DNA of 58,635 nucleotides, filler included, from Sphacelaria rigidula (GCA_964200075.2; 7 parts of 7 records of this genome joined end to end with filler, not necessarily neighbours in it), one strand, 5' to 3'; positions 37,793-51,521 are shown, numbered from the whole stretch's first letter. Made by a program: numbers and translations. The notes: generated by a model not told the origin, from the letters alone.

Positions 37793-40700
37793 GTAGCATG
37801 ACTTGGCTTCATTACCATCTGCCCGTGATTTCCATTTGGGTATTTCATTGTTTCCCGAATTTTTTCATCCATTGCTCGAATGATTGACGTCTTGATTGAT
37901 TGACCAACACCAGCGATCCGCTGTTGGATCGTAACCCAGTCGTGATGGCGAGGTTGACGCACGTACGCAAGGTGAATACACGGGAGAAAAATCCGCTACG
38001 CGAACATGAGTGGGAAAACGATGAACGATGAACGATGAAACGGGAGAAAAACAACAGTACCACCAGAAGAAGGAAAAATCATAGTATACTCACAAAAGAC
38101 TCCGGGCTGAGAGCTGTGCCAAGAAAAAGTAATCATTTTCTGATATCCGGTTCTTCGACGTCGGCATAGCGAGAGACTTGGGCATTTTGGAAGTTTCTAA
38201 CACTCGTTCATTGTACGCGTGCCGTGGTCATTGCTACCGAAAGTTTACACGTAGGTTACGGTGACTTCAAGAGATGGCTCATATCCCAGTTCCCCCCTAC
38301 CCCGTGGTGGGCGTTTTAGGAATCCCATACACCTTGGCCGGAACATACACATAACGGCAGTACAGAAACCGCAGCAAGCAGCTTCATTAGCCGCAGGTGT
38401 AATCCGAGGTATGCAGACAAGTGTTTCTACTGCACCTTCATTGAAGCGTGCAGTGTTGTCTTTGGGAAACTTCGAAACTTGGCCACCTCAGCCTCACTGC
38501 TTTTCGATCACTATATCGGTTCGATTTTTTTGTCTCGCAGTCAAGTAATACCGGTCTCTCGAACCCAGTATACTACTGTATGTACGTCCTTGCTCTGAGT
38601 CCGGAGACATCCGCTCGACTCGTGAAGCAACTTCCCTATCGGAGGTATGACCACGTCGGGCGACGTACCTACCGTACTAGAATTTAGAATACCTGACTCG
38701 AGGAAGAAAATGGATGTAGCACAGTGCCTTAGTTGTTGGCCGGCCCTTGCTGTTTAGATTACTCGATATACACTCAGTACAGTCAAACTTGCGGTGGATC
38801 AATACCCCATACTCCCACCCGCAGGAGGGCGAGCAGTGAACCCAGGATCGTTCTCGAATAAACCGCGTTGCTGGGGATGGTCGCCTGAAAAACGCAAACA
38901 TCCGCTTTTTAGGAGGCCATCTAGCGCGGGTAGGAGATTTCTGTGAGAGAGGCGGTCTCAGCGCCCGGCACCGCAGTCACTAATTATTCTCTATCGGAAA
39001 TGCGCGGCCAGCGACATGGCTGAGGAGAGGTTGGCAAGTCAGGTTCGTATTCTTTGCTGCACCGTATTAGACACAGTACGACACATATACACTGGATACC
39101 ATCCCCGCGGATGGTAACCCCCGGGTGCTGAGTTCTGCGATCCCATGAACTCCTCACCACCCGGTGTTGTGCTGCGCCACATATGGGCACTTGGAGGTAC
39201 GCACGTTTTTTTTTCTAAGTTAGGGTTCCACGTGAAATTGGTGTAAGTCGAGCCAACGTTGACCCATTACGGTACTGGGCACGTACAGCACGAGTGCCGG
39301 TTGCATCTTGTCGCACTTTTAATCAACCTCTTCCCTCTCGCCTTGCTCGGGAGGAGTCCGTTCTCAAGGGATCAAACTGTGTATCTCCCCCCCTGCACTG
39401 GCCTTGTCTTCTATTATCAAGTGTCTGAACAACACCCCCGTAACGTGTCGACTCTCATCGATTGTCACGTTCTCACGCCTTCGAGCGGTCGACATTTTTA
39501 ACAAATGCTTAGTCACCGGTAATCACGCGCGTGTTGAGGATTCCATGCGACCGCGGCGGCGTGGCGGGTCATGGAACGCGTCACGCTGACTCACCAGTAA
39601 GTACCCCTTTGAGGCAACGTATTCATTTTAAGTCGACGCATGCATATCTTCCGGCACGGACCATCGTGAGACTTGCGCCTTTTTCATGTATGGGTTTGCA
39701 TGTGTGTACGCAAATATTTAAAAATTTAGCAGTGCAAGGGACAGAAAACGTCAAAAGCAACAAGAGTCGTCTTCGTCTTTCTTATTCGGGGACAGCGAAT
39801 CGATGCTTCCAGGCCTTCAATCGTATCATCGCATCACATGACTTGAAAAATCAGCGTATGAAACGTTGTTGATCATGGAGTGGTATTAACAGTAGTGGAA
39901 GGCACGCGTTATGGTATCGAGGTGCTTGACGCAATTTTCCGTAAATTGTATTGATTGTGTTGGGTGTTAGGTGTACCCAGGATCTGGATCAAGCTCTTCT
40001 GTGCGAAGCGTGCGCGAGACCGGTCTCCTGGGTGTCATCTGCGGTACCTACCGAACGTATCGGCAGCGTCTACAGGGCCAGCGGGCGAGGTGCTGTTCTG
40101 GGCGACATTCGGAAGCAAGAACGGGATGACTTCTGACATGAGGTGTACGCTCTCGTCATCGCCCTGTACCCACCCCCAACCCCCCCCCACCCGACCTTCC
40201 TCCTTACGGATCCATGGGCTTGACACATCAAACTATTACTCTGCCAGCAAAAAACTGCCCTGCACCGTAATCGAGGGTGGGATTACCACTGCTGCAGCTT
40301 ATCAATTCCTTACTTGTGTTGTTTACACTTTGTTGAACCTGTCACCCTTTGACCCCTTTCCTCCGTCCTAGGGACAAGTCCATGATACAGTATCAAATGA
40401 TTCACCCGTGTCTCCCGCGGTCCTTGCTTTGCACCGTATGTGCTATCGAGCACTGGATCAGTACTACCGAAGCCCATCGACTTCCGCTGAGTGTTGTTAG
40501 TACTTTTGCCCTAGTTTTCAGCCCTCCCTCCTCTGCCTTCAGGATCAACCTGTCACTATTCATAGTATGTCTGACGGTATCAAACCACCTCTCCCCCGGT
40601 GTGGTACATGCCTATTAATACCACGTTATTATTGGGGTAACTGCAACCGATCACCATTCCAAACGTGACTCAACGTGTTAGTCACTCACTGCTTCGTTTT

Positions 40701-41805
40701 TCGTTTGCTCTACACTGTTCTTCCTTTTCCGAAAGTTTTGTCAGAAGCGTGGGTAGATAATAGGCATTCTTCTAGCTGTGCCTTATTTTCACACGTCATT
40801 TTCGGTGGCCATATTTGAGGAGTTATGATGATGGAGCATGCCACCTCACTGGCACCATGCACAATACAAGCGACCCTGAGTAAGCGTCGGACAGCTGAAG
40901 CAGCATGTTTTGAGACTGCTGGGCGTACATCAGTTGATTGGTCTCATAGTTTCCGTGCTACACTACTACTACTCGCACTACCGCATGGAATCGCATATCA
41001 CTTGATACAGAGTGATGAGTGTTGTTGAACACGCTGTCGCCTGTGAATAGGCGGCAGTGCGCGTGGCCTCGTTAGTGTTTGGACGTGATTCTGGAAGAGT
41101 TCGCCGCCAACCACCCTGGAAGGTGCCAAACCCTGACCAGAAGCCATGAATTACTCGACGGCTAAATCGCTAATCTCCTATATATATCAACCATGTCGTG
41201 ATGAGCCCTCGATTTGAAAGCATGTCTTATATCATTCAGTGAAGTACGTCAACGTGACGCGGTGATGACATAACATGGAGAATCTGTGTGCTCAACGACC
41301 AAGGCTGCTTGCTTTGAGTTGACAGTTGGCAAAATGTGCCGCAGACATGGGAGGGGTTGAAAATGGATGATTGAAAATGTCTTGCTTTATTCTTCTTGGT
41401 TCATTTTAATGTATTATTTCATACCTGTGCACTCAAGAATGTTTTGCTCCTGCCTCGTTCTTGGATTCTCGTTCGTACTAATTTTGTTTTTTTTTCCTAT
41501 TTTGTCGACTTTCATTCAATCCCGGTGGTTAAAAAGGTTCAACCACGCGCTAATGGTGGAATGTGGGGGCGAGAGCGGACTCAGCAGTCAGCAAGGTACT
41601 GTAGCAATGGGCAGGACTTGGTTTGGCGGTACCAGTACCTGGCGGGGACGGAAAATGTAGTGAAGCGTTTGGGCAGCGAATGGAGGTGTCGAGGGAACAG
41701 GTGCGTACAAAACTCTAAGAACTGCAGTAGAAGTAGTACTACTACTAGTACTAGGAGGAGGAGGAGGAGGAGGAGTAAGGAGAGGAGGAGGAGAAGGGCG
41801 AGGTG

Positions 41806-41855
41806 GGGGGGGGGGGGGGGGGCGTACTCATGATCATGCATGCCATAGTCATCAG
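41806..41855 (-). mobile_element. Subfamily B 3' end with C-run (reverse strand), cut by contig end
   Basis: G-run followed by cgtactcatgatcatgcatgccatagtcatcag. Confidence 0.8.
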
Positions 41856-42264
41856 NNNNNNNNNNNNNNNNNNNNNNNNNNNNNNNNNNNNNNNNNNNNT
41901 TAATTAATTAANNNNNNNNNNNNNNNNNNNNNNNNNNNNNNNNNNNNNNNNNNNNTGCCATCATCCAACGCTTTTCACCGTTTTTCGCGGAGGCGTTTAA
42001 AAGACTATTAAAAAAAGAAAATTTTCCTCGATGTAACACTGCTACGCCTTGGTGTATTTTGGCTACAGCACCCCCAAAGCGAGTTCAAGGCAAACGAGCG
42101 AGCTTGACAACCAACAAAAAGCAAGGCAAACTCGCATGCTCCAAATCACAAAGAAATGCCATACTCCGACGCTAATTCACTTGTCAGCGCCCGAGTCAAC
42201 CTTAATTTACGCAATTTTATCGCAACAAATTCAGGCGCAAAAAACATATCTTCCGAGGGACTAA

Positions 42265-42501
42265 TGCCGAGATAGCACCCCCACAAAACGTGCACTGGAG
42301 ACCGTCCGAAAAACCGGCTGCGATCCCACTACTTGGCTCGTTTGCAGCAATTTCGCCCACATGAGAGGCATGTAGCAGTCCGAAATCAGCTATAACGCCC
42401 AAATGAGTCGCGTCGTGCAGCATGAAACCAGCTCTAACGGCATTTACAATCATCGCCCCCGTGCACTTTTTTGGCCGGTTCGGGGGGGGGCTATCTCGGC
42501 A
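42265..42501. mobile_element. MITE upstream of the Gypsy gag region
   Basis: TIR TGCCGAGATAGC(A)CCCCC / GGGGGGGCTATCTCGGCA. Confidence 0.7.
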
Positions 42502-45500
42502 GCAATCTTTGCCGGATCCGGAGTCAAACTGCTGGCGGTTCGCAATTGTTTAACAAGAGTGGCACGACACCTTCGACGCATCGCCGCACGTATGCGAGCG
42601 CTGTTCGATCTTCGGGATCTGAAGATCAACTTTCGAGCGAAGCTCATTCTTGAAGGCTTGAAGAAAAGACTTTGACGCCGAGACCTGTTTTCTCTCGTTC
42701 CGACCCGGACTCAGAGAACATGGTAGTGCAATCGGCCGAGTCACTGGTTCTTGACGGACATGTCAGTGAGCCCATAATGGTGGATTCCGTCGCACACCCC
42801 TCGCTGGCCCCTGCTCTCCCGAATCCCAATGTTGAATCCGGAGTTAGAATTGTGCCCTCAGTCGAGTCGTTGCCCCTGGACACACGTGTCCAGCTTGGCT
42901 CTGTACCGGTTGCTTCAACCGTGGCACCCCGTCGCTTGACGGCTGCCAATTCTCGAGACGATTCTGTCCCGACGAAGCGCATCGCTTCTGGAGCAAGAGA
43001 CTTTATCACACGGGTTGCTTCCGTTACGGACCCCCTTCGCACGACTCTCGATAGTCCCATGCGCCCTACTGCACAGTCCAATGTCGGACCGGCAGTAGTT
43101 GCAGCCATGCATGCTGCCATGCAAACTATGCATCGCACCTCCTCGGCGTCGTCGCCATCGCCAGCGCCAGCCCTCATCGAGGCATTTACGGCTTTTTGCC
43201 ACGCAGCGCTCCAAGATCAATCGGCGTCTGCTCATGTGCAATTCAATGATGATTCTGCACCTGCCACGCCCACACCCGTACGTCTAGCATCCCGCTCGGT
43301 GACCTCGCGCCCCCCGTTGGTCACTCATGATAAATTCAACGAACATGAGTCCAGCCCTTCCTCAACGTCGCAGCAGAGCTTTACTCGCGCTTCGGACCGG
43401 CGTCGCACACCGAGACTTGGTTATGATCACGTCTCCCGTTCTAGCAGTTCTGAGGGCAACTCCCAGCAAAGCTTGAATTCATCGCGCGCTTCCACACGCC
43501 CGAAGAACATCGCTCATGGACACAAATATGACGGGAGTTCACGCCATGGTTCCAAATCATCTCGCGCTCCAAAGCGCCCGGTGAATGCTACCCATGGCCG
43601 TACTCACGAGGATGCCTTGCGGCACAGATCAAGTTCTTCGCGCGTTAACTCGCGCTCGAACAACTCCTATCATGCACCTTCGCGCATCTGTACTGCTCAG
43701 CATTTGTCACACAGCCGTCATGTACGCGATGATAACACTGTACATACTGATAACATCCACAACATATTTTCGGACATGTCATCGGCTCCGGAATCCTCAA
43801 TTTAGAGATCCGGCCGCACCTCATCGCACAACCGACGACCACGCACTGACCGCGAACCACCGTTCCGTTCCGACGCTGCGCTTATTCGTTCTCTGCAACA
43901 ACGTTTGACAGATCTTGAACAACAACTCGCAACCGCAACCATGGACACCAAATGCACTACCGCTGCTGCTAAGCCTACGAGGGTGACCACCCACGCCGCT
44001 CCCACTACCGCCGCAGCCGCCACTACCGTGTTCACTGCGCCTTCTGCCGCAGCCACTGCAGCCACGGTCCCAACTCCTGCTGCCGCCCAGCCTGCAGTAG
44101 ACACAGATGCGGATAGTGGTCCCACCACTGGCCCTGTCGGGGACGTCCCCGTGCGCTCGCCTCCTTCGGTGGAGGATCTTCCTCCGCTCGGCGACGAGCA
44201 CTGCCCAACCAGCCTGCTCTTACGCCTGTTCACCAACAGGCACCGCGCAGAACAGCAACAACTGATAGCTGACTATGCATCGCAGGAGCCTGCGCTGACG
44301 CAGGATATCCTTGGCAAACAACGCGACGCTGACGCCGCCGCTGGCCGCCTCCTTCCGGAGGAGCACGCGGATACACCCAAGGACCTCCAGCGGCAGGCCT
44401 CCCTTGCCCAATCCACGAGCATGGCGACCCAACGGGCGCTCGGGGAAGGCCGCACTGCGGCTATATCGGCTCAAAGACGGGTTCGCCAGCTCGAAGATCA
44501 CGTTCAACGGACCGCCCAAGCAGCGGCCTCGCCGGCGACCCGCCTAACTGATCATCAAGCCGCCCCGCCTTCCACCGACCACATACTCAGGCCCCACCTG
44601 TCGGCGCCCAACAGAGCGACGTATGTAATTCCTCACAAGTCCAACAGGACGTCGTCGGCTGCGACCGCTGCCGCCGCCTCGACACCTCCGACACCGCCGC
44701 CTCAAGGAGTTAGCTCGGCGCCGCACACAGGTTTTTCGCAAAACCTGCAACTTGCCCCACACGAACGAGTGTGACTTTCTCGGTCTACGGCCGATTATAC
44801 CGGCCCCTTCCAGCGCCGCAACCACCTCAACTGCTCCCGCCATGCTTGGAACAACATTTCCCAACGCATGTCAGCCGTCATTGGCAGTTACGTGGACCAG
44901 GGCGGTTTCTTCCCGGACAAAGGAATGTCGGCGATCACCTTGGGCCAATTGGTCCTTCAGGCAACTATCGGCAATAGTCCGCATATCCAGCGTTACGTTA
45001 ACACTGTCATCGGTCTTTTTGCGGCGCTACGCGCCGCTTCTGACTCTCATCTCGGCGCTCCCATCGATGGTGACGAAGATCAAGCTCCCGCCACATCCAC
45101 TTGCCGGGGACAGAAGAAAAATCACCGGCGCGACGACGATGACAACGATGGAGGAAATTCACGCCGCCGCCATGGCGGTGGAGGGTCCTCTTCGGGCGGT
45201 TCCGGACCAACCCGCCCGCCTCGCAAGCCGAAGGGCAAAAACACCGGAGGTTACTCGTCCGGATCATCCGCATCGGCCTGGAACCGGTCCAGTGCAGATC
45301 TTCCCGCCTCGGGCTCGGAGACCCCCTGGCAAGTGATTCATTGGTTGGCTGATGTTTCGGCCCGCATTTTAGGTTTGTCCGATACGGATACACCTGACCT
45401 TCCTTTGTCTTCTACTGCAGCCCACGCCTTAGCAACGGCTGTGGCTGACAAAGAACGTTCCGAAGCTAGCAAAAAAGCAGCTTCCGATAGAGCTGAGTCT

Positions 45501-45722
45501 GCCCGAGTAGTTGCAACACAGAGACAGTATATTCAGATGGATGTGGAAAAACTCTGGCACATCAAAACCATGCCTGCCGCGGATAACGAAGATTCGGGCC
45601 AGTCTACTTCTGCCCTCATCACGTCCATCCGCGGCACTGTTCGTAACATCCTTCACTTGGCGGATGTGACTGGCACATAACGTTTCGAAGATTCCGACTG
45701 GGTAGAGGGCTGGCGGACTCCC

Positions 45723-46560
45723 TTGCACAAAGCAATGCATCGATCGATCAGCCGCCGCTCTCCCGTCCTCGCTGCTTGTTTGACGCAGATTCTCGACGGA
45801 TTCCTCGCCGAGATGGACCCGGATCGTGCCAAGGGGAAGACCGGCCCGGTATTACACCCTGATTTGGAGAGGCGTCTGATCGATTACTTCGATAAAAGTG
45901 ACCAGGCTAGTGCCATCCAGAGGCTGAGCTCCTTCGTTGTCGCCTCTGATGCCCCTTTTGCGGACTATCTCCGCGAATTTACGCTTTTGGTTTCGGGTAC
46001 GATGGGATTCGGACGTCAGAACGGACCGAGTGACGCAATGTGTCAGACTTACGTTCGCAATAGCGTTGCTCAACAGTATCCGGCTCTGATGCCGTCGTTG
46101 TTTCCGCGTGTCTTGGCTCATCGCGAGGTGCCTTACGCCCCCGTCGATACTATGTGGTCTGCTTTTGTACACCAAGAGGGTAATCTAACGCCTGCCATAC
46201 GTGGCAAACCCCCAACGTCTGTGCGTACAAAACCTATGGTTGTGTCCTCCGCCCATGCCCAAGGGGCTCACGGCAGGAATTCGAGCTCGTCTCGCGCTTC
46301 ATGGACCCCCGACTCAGTCGCCGGCTCAGTTATGCATGTTCAGAGTACCAGAGATGCATTTAGCGCGACTTGTGAGGGTTGGCCGTTTTCCGAGGAAACT
46401 TGGGGTGATGTTTATCTGACTTCAACGACCGCATTCATAACCGGTGACCCCCATTTGTGAAACCCACTTCTTTCTTCTTCCGCTAGACGTAATGCCTTCA
46501 GCAGTCATGCCAACCGTTGCATCAACTGTGGTGTTGAAGGTCACAGCATGCGCGATTGAC
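45723..46560 (+). pseudogene. gag: Gag capsid-like region and CCHC knuckle
   Basis: DQASAIQRLSSF...FADYLREFTLLV. CINCGVEGHSMRD* at ~46518-46559 is C-X2-C-X4-H-X4 with the last Cys changed to TGA. Confidence 0.75.
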
Positions 46561-47559
46561 AGTCCATGCATCTATGCCTTTGATCTCATGAACCCTGAAT
46601 TGCAGGACAATGAACGCGCGTGGCGCCGATGGCAAAAACGCATGCACGACTATCGTCCACCAACTCGAAATTACCGCAACAATTCGAACCAACGTGGCAA
46701 CAAAAACTCTAATCGCGGTCGCCAACACAACAACAATCACGGAAGCCCTCGCCAGAACGATCAAACTTCTCGCGACAACAAACGTTCCGCTGGTAGACAC
46801 CAGCGGACGGGACCGACACAAAGTTCTCATCCCAACACCAGAAACCCTGGTACCTTCACTACGGATCGCTTAGATCCGTGACGTGCCGACGCCGGCGTTT
46901 TTCGGTCTTCCACACCGTCGATAGCACGAGCGAAGACTTTTCCAACACAGCCCGCGGAGTCCGTGTCAGAAATTGCTCCCTCGACTCCCTCGGCACTACC
47001 CAGAAGCGTAACTCACGGCCGTTCATAACGGCCCCCGTCTCGACCCTGCACAAAATTTTCAACACAGCCCGCAGAGCCCGCGACTAAGATTGTCCGCCCG
47101 ACTCTCCCGGCACTATGCAGCAGCGCAACTGACGGCCGTTCAAATCGACCCCCGTCTTCGTCCCTCCACACACCGCGTAACAGTTGTGACACCCCGCGAC
47201 TCAGACCTACACCCGGCACTGAACTTGGTCCTTCAGTTTCGAGTGTAAGTCTGAGGTGTGGGAAGACCAACCGCCAGTCCCTGAGGCAAAGGCTTCCCTC
47301 AGCGACCGCACGCACAGGTAGCAGCAAGCCTTCTTCAGCTGACCCAAGTGTCGCTGATTTGAACCTGACCACATCGGATATTGTAATTCGCAATCAGTTC
47401 GATCGGGCTCCTTCCCCGCGATTTTCGAGACGCACGGACCTACCTCCGGCCGGTTTTACTAACAACCGCCCCAACATATCTTCGGCTATGCCCCAACAGT
47501 CAATAGATTGTGTCTATGAACCTTATTTCGGTATCGCCTCTGCTACTCTACCCCAGGTC

Positions 47560-49210
47560 CACACGGTGGCTCCTGCACAGTCGAATTCCGATCCTCCTGC
47601 TGACATGCTTCAACGCTTATCACCAGATTCTCGGGATATTTTCTTGCACATGTGGAACCAACTGCCGCCACACATGCGCGACATCAATTTTGACCTTCAT
47701 GGGCCCGGCTGGGAACCGGCAGTCATCCAAGAACTCAGTGATGTCCTGCTACAGTACCCAGACCGATTTTCCCGATCCAAGACGCATCTTGGGCATTGCA
47801 AAACACTGCCCTTTGAGGTTACCCTCCAACCCGGTATCTCGCCGATTTCTTCTCGGCCGTACTATACCAACCCAATCCTTACCAAGGAACTTAACGCCAT
47901 CTTGGACGCGTATTCGGGAGCGGACTAATACAACATTCCTCTTCTCCTTGGGCCTCGCCACTTGTGGTCATCCCTAAAACGGATGGAAACATACGCATAA
48001 CCGTGAATTATCAACGGTTGAAACACGTCACTGTAGTCGGTAAACTTCCAATTCCCCGCATTGATGAAGTCTTCGACTCCTTGGGCGAAGGAAAAATATT
48101 CAGCACCTTCGACCTCGCTTCTGGATTTTTTCAGAATGCTATACACCCTGACACAGTCCCACTGACGGCTTTTTGTACCTCGTCCGGACTTTGTGAGTGG
48201 CTTCGAGTGCCACAAGGCGCCGCCACGACCTCGGGATGCTTTCAACGCTTAATGCACGCGTGGGGCCTCGAGCACATCATCATGTACTTGGATGACGCTA
48301 TCGCTTTCGATGCCTCACCTATTGCACATATACGCACTCTACGAGAATTTCTCTCTCGCCTACGTACACACGGTTTGAAACTGTCTCCATCCAAAGCTCG
48401 CCTTGGTGCGACTGACTTGGATTTCTTGGGGCATTCCATCTCGCCAGCAGGCCTGCATCCGGATAGAAACAAAGTCAAGGCGATGACTGATTTGCCGATG
48501 CCAACTAACATTTTTCAACTTCGCTCATTGTTGGGTGGGCTATCCTACTACCGCAAATTTTTGCCGAATTCATCGAAACGGATTCGCCCCCTTACTGAGC
48601 TACTCAAGAAAGGAGCCATGTTTTCTTTCACCACAGAAATGGAGAATATCACCCGCGAATCACTCCAGACGCTCACCGAAAAGCCCGTACTTTGCTTTCC
48701 TGATTGGGAGGCAGTACAAGATGGCTCCCGCCTTTTCCAACTCCATACTGACGCCAGCACAAATGGTTTTGGAGGGCTTTTGAATCTACTTCAGTTTGAT
48801 GGCTCTGTCCAATCCATCCTTTATATCAGTCGCCCTACCCTGCCCAATGAGACCAATTGGAGCCCGCTAGAACTGGAAGGCGGAGTAATCACTTGGGCCA
48901 TTGAGCGCCTTCGACAATATCTGTTTCACGTGCCCTTCGAGATCTATATGGATCACGGAGCACTTGAACAACTCGCCAAGGTTGGTGAACACAACCCTCG
49001 TGTACAACGATGATCGGAGTTTCTAACAGCATACCAGTATACCATTTAAGCACCGTCCAGGCAAATCCAACGGGAACGCGGATCTTCTTTTCCGCCTACC
49101 TCTGCCGCCTACGGCTGCAGATTTCAGCCCGGCTTGCCGTTTAACAAAACCCGATGAACCCGAAATTTACGCGATCAGACGTTTTTCAACGCCTATTTAC
49201 GCCCTCGACC
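47560..49210 (+). pseudogene. pol: Gypsy pol: reverse transcriptase + RNase H (frameshifted, premature stop)
   Basis: PWASPLVVIPKTDGNIRITVNYQRL, FSTFDLASGFFQ, YLDD, FLGH, LHTDAS, ELE and DH motifs. Frameshift near 47925 and TGA at 49011-49013. Confidence 0.95.
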
Positions 49211-49699
49211 TCAGTGCCCGGAAACCGGTATGCATATGGGAGGACCTCGCCCTCTACCATATGACGCCATCTTGGGTGGGATAAAGTCCACTACCTCCGA
49301 TTTTGTCGATTTTCGCACTTTCGGTACTCGCGCGCAACTCTTTGCGGAGACATCTCCATTCACCCACCTTATCTCCGCCCGCACCACTCCGAGTGCCCCG
49401 CCGCCACCAACAACACCTGTAACCCCTATGAGCCACCCAGCACACTTCCCACGGACCAACACGCTAAGCTTCGCAAAAAGTTCTGCACCGTGCGCCACGC
49501 GCCGCGAACAATCTTCTCCGCGCACTGATACAACCCCGCCGCCTACAATGGCGCCGCATATATCTCCGGCCCCCGAGCACGGACCTGACGACTCGTCTCC
49601 AGCTCCCGAGACAGAAATTGACGTCGGCATTTCTGTCCCCCGTCGCCTATTCTTCCGCCGCCTGCCCTACCATGTTTGGTCGACTCGCCAGCGGAAGTC

Positions 49700-50245
49700 A
49701 AGGCATCAGTAAGGCAGCCAACGAAACAATTTTGAAGACAAAACTGTCCCTCAATTGGACAGGACCATTCAAGGTCCTGACAGTCGGACCATCGTCATCA
49801 TCACCGAATTAAAAACCCGTCGGTGACAAACTGCTCTATCTCGACTTGCCTCACGACTTCCAGGGCAAGGACACCAAGCCCCGTGCCTCCGTGCACAGAT
49901 GCAAACCCTGCACGGATCCGCATGATACAAGCGACATACCCAAGTACCTACCTGCCGGACTCACACGGTATGTTCTCAGCAGCTACTCGACCAAGTCCCC
50001 GCCCTACCACGTTACAACCGACGACGTGACGGAACAGCCCCTTCGGTTGGCTGTGTCCTCCATTTCCGGCTACCAGATAACCCGTGGTCGAGGAGGCAAG
50101 ATCGCTGCATGTATAAGACACACTGGCGCGGTCTTCGGAAAGCGTCTTGGGAACGCGAATCCGACCTGCAATTGCGCCGTCGTGCAATCCTCCTTTACTG
50201 GACGCAATCCCAACATCAGCATCTTGCTCACAGCAAGAAATATCG
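49700..50245 (+). pseudogene. Integrase C-terminus (GPF/Y motif) and chromodomain
   Basis: KLSLNWTGPFKV and VSSISGYQITRGRGGK...YKTHWRGLRKASWERESDL. Confidence 0.8.
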
Positions 50246-50551
50246 NNNNNNNNNNNNNNNNNNNNNNNNNNNNNNNNNNNNNNNNNNNNTTAATTAATTA
50301 ANNNNNNNNNNNNNNNNNNNNNNNNNNNNNNNNNNNNNNNNNNNNGAGCACTGTTTCAGGCTTGAACCTCATCTCGGAGTTAAACCTCAATTCGCACAAT
50401 TTGTTGTTAAAGGTTGCTCTAACGAGCTTGTTATAGATGAATAATGCTCATTCATACCGATTGACACCGTTTTGAACCAAATACAAGCGCACCACTAGGG
50501 TGGCAGATCGTCTGACACACGTTCGAGCCTTTTTTTTCGGGCAATAAAATA

Positions 50552-50640
50552 CCCCCCCCCTACGCTCCGTCTCGAAAGGGATGCGTGGTCAATGGTCAAA
50601 TGACTAAGGCAAGCAACAAATGAGTACGCCCCCCCCCTAC
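50552..50640 (+). mobile_element. LINE subfamily A 3' fragment inserted in the C-run of a MITE
   Basis: Perfect 12-bp TSD CCCCCCCCCTAC (50552-50563 and 50629-50640) around gctccgtctcgaaagggatgcgtggtcaatgg...aaatgagtacg. Confidence 0.88.
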
Positions 50641-51214
50641 CGTAGGATGACTCCCGAGTAGTCATCTCAAAAGACATGGAAGTACCAGGATCCGACCGAG
50701 TTCGATGATCATTGTGCGTGCCAGATGGTTTGAAGTAACTCTCCACCTGCAGCGCATGCTCGAGACAACACCAGCTGCAGGCAAGCCAGGCTTACTTTAG
50801 ACGAAGACCAGCGACACCTCTGATATCGCAGTCCATGGATGGCGTAAATGCTTCTTGCATTATCGGCGACAGGCTAGTGGCTGCTGTACGTGCTGGGATC
50901 AATCCTAAAAGCTCTGTGGAAACATTGGTAGATAATCTGACACAAAGCATGACAAAAGTATGACACATGAGACTAGTCGACTGAAAAATGACCAATAAAT
51001 CCATGGCAAGTTTACCACTTGGTAGATATTGAAGATAGTTCTCGGAAAAATACGGTTTGAGCAAGTGCTGATAATCATAATTGTTCTTTTCGCACATGAG
51101 CCTGAGGTATGGAACAACACCTGTCGCGATATGTGCTCAACACCAAATGTCACCTCCTTCGTGACACCTTCTTCGTGACAGCCCTGGAAAAATTGCGCCG
51201 CTTTTCAGCAAGAG

Positions 51215-51223
51215 CACACACAG

Positions 51224-51255
<32 letters not shown>

Positions 51256-51259
51256 ACAC
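51215..51259. repeat. (CA)n microsatellite
   Basis: Imperfect CA run. Confidence 0.9.
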
Positions 51260-51521
51260 TACGCAGCATTCCTGCTGCCCCTGGGCTTGCCAAGTTGCTG
51301 CAGTGCACCAGCTTGGAAAAGAAGACCTCACTTGATACATACAGTTTTCTGGCTACATGTGAACGTTTTCGAGTACAGTAGCAGTTGCGCAGCACGCACC
51401 TCTCGCTGCTGCAATTGCTATGCGGGTGATGTAGCGTCGAGGGTAGAGCGACAGAGTCCGACGCAGCTCGAATGGCCATGTCAAGGCTGCATCATTACAC
51501 CACAGCGGAATTGTAGGCTTG

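Larger units (their letters stand above)
42672..50245 (+). mobile_element. Decayed Ty3/Gypsy chromovirus-type LTR retrotransposon (internal region)
   Basis: Long broken gag-like frames at 42672-46880, a zinc knuckle, RT, RNase H, integrase C-terminus and chromodomain. No LTRs were recognised in the contig. Confidence 0.92.

Noticed and set aside
36740-40145. Candidate exons on contig 5 (36758-36917, 38819-38884, 39980-40142)
   Set aside because: Strand and frame are ambiguous and no family was recognised.
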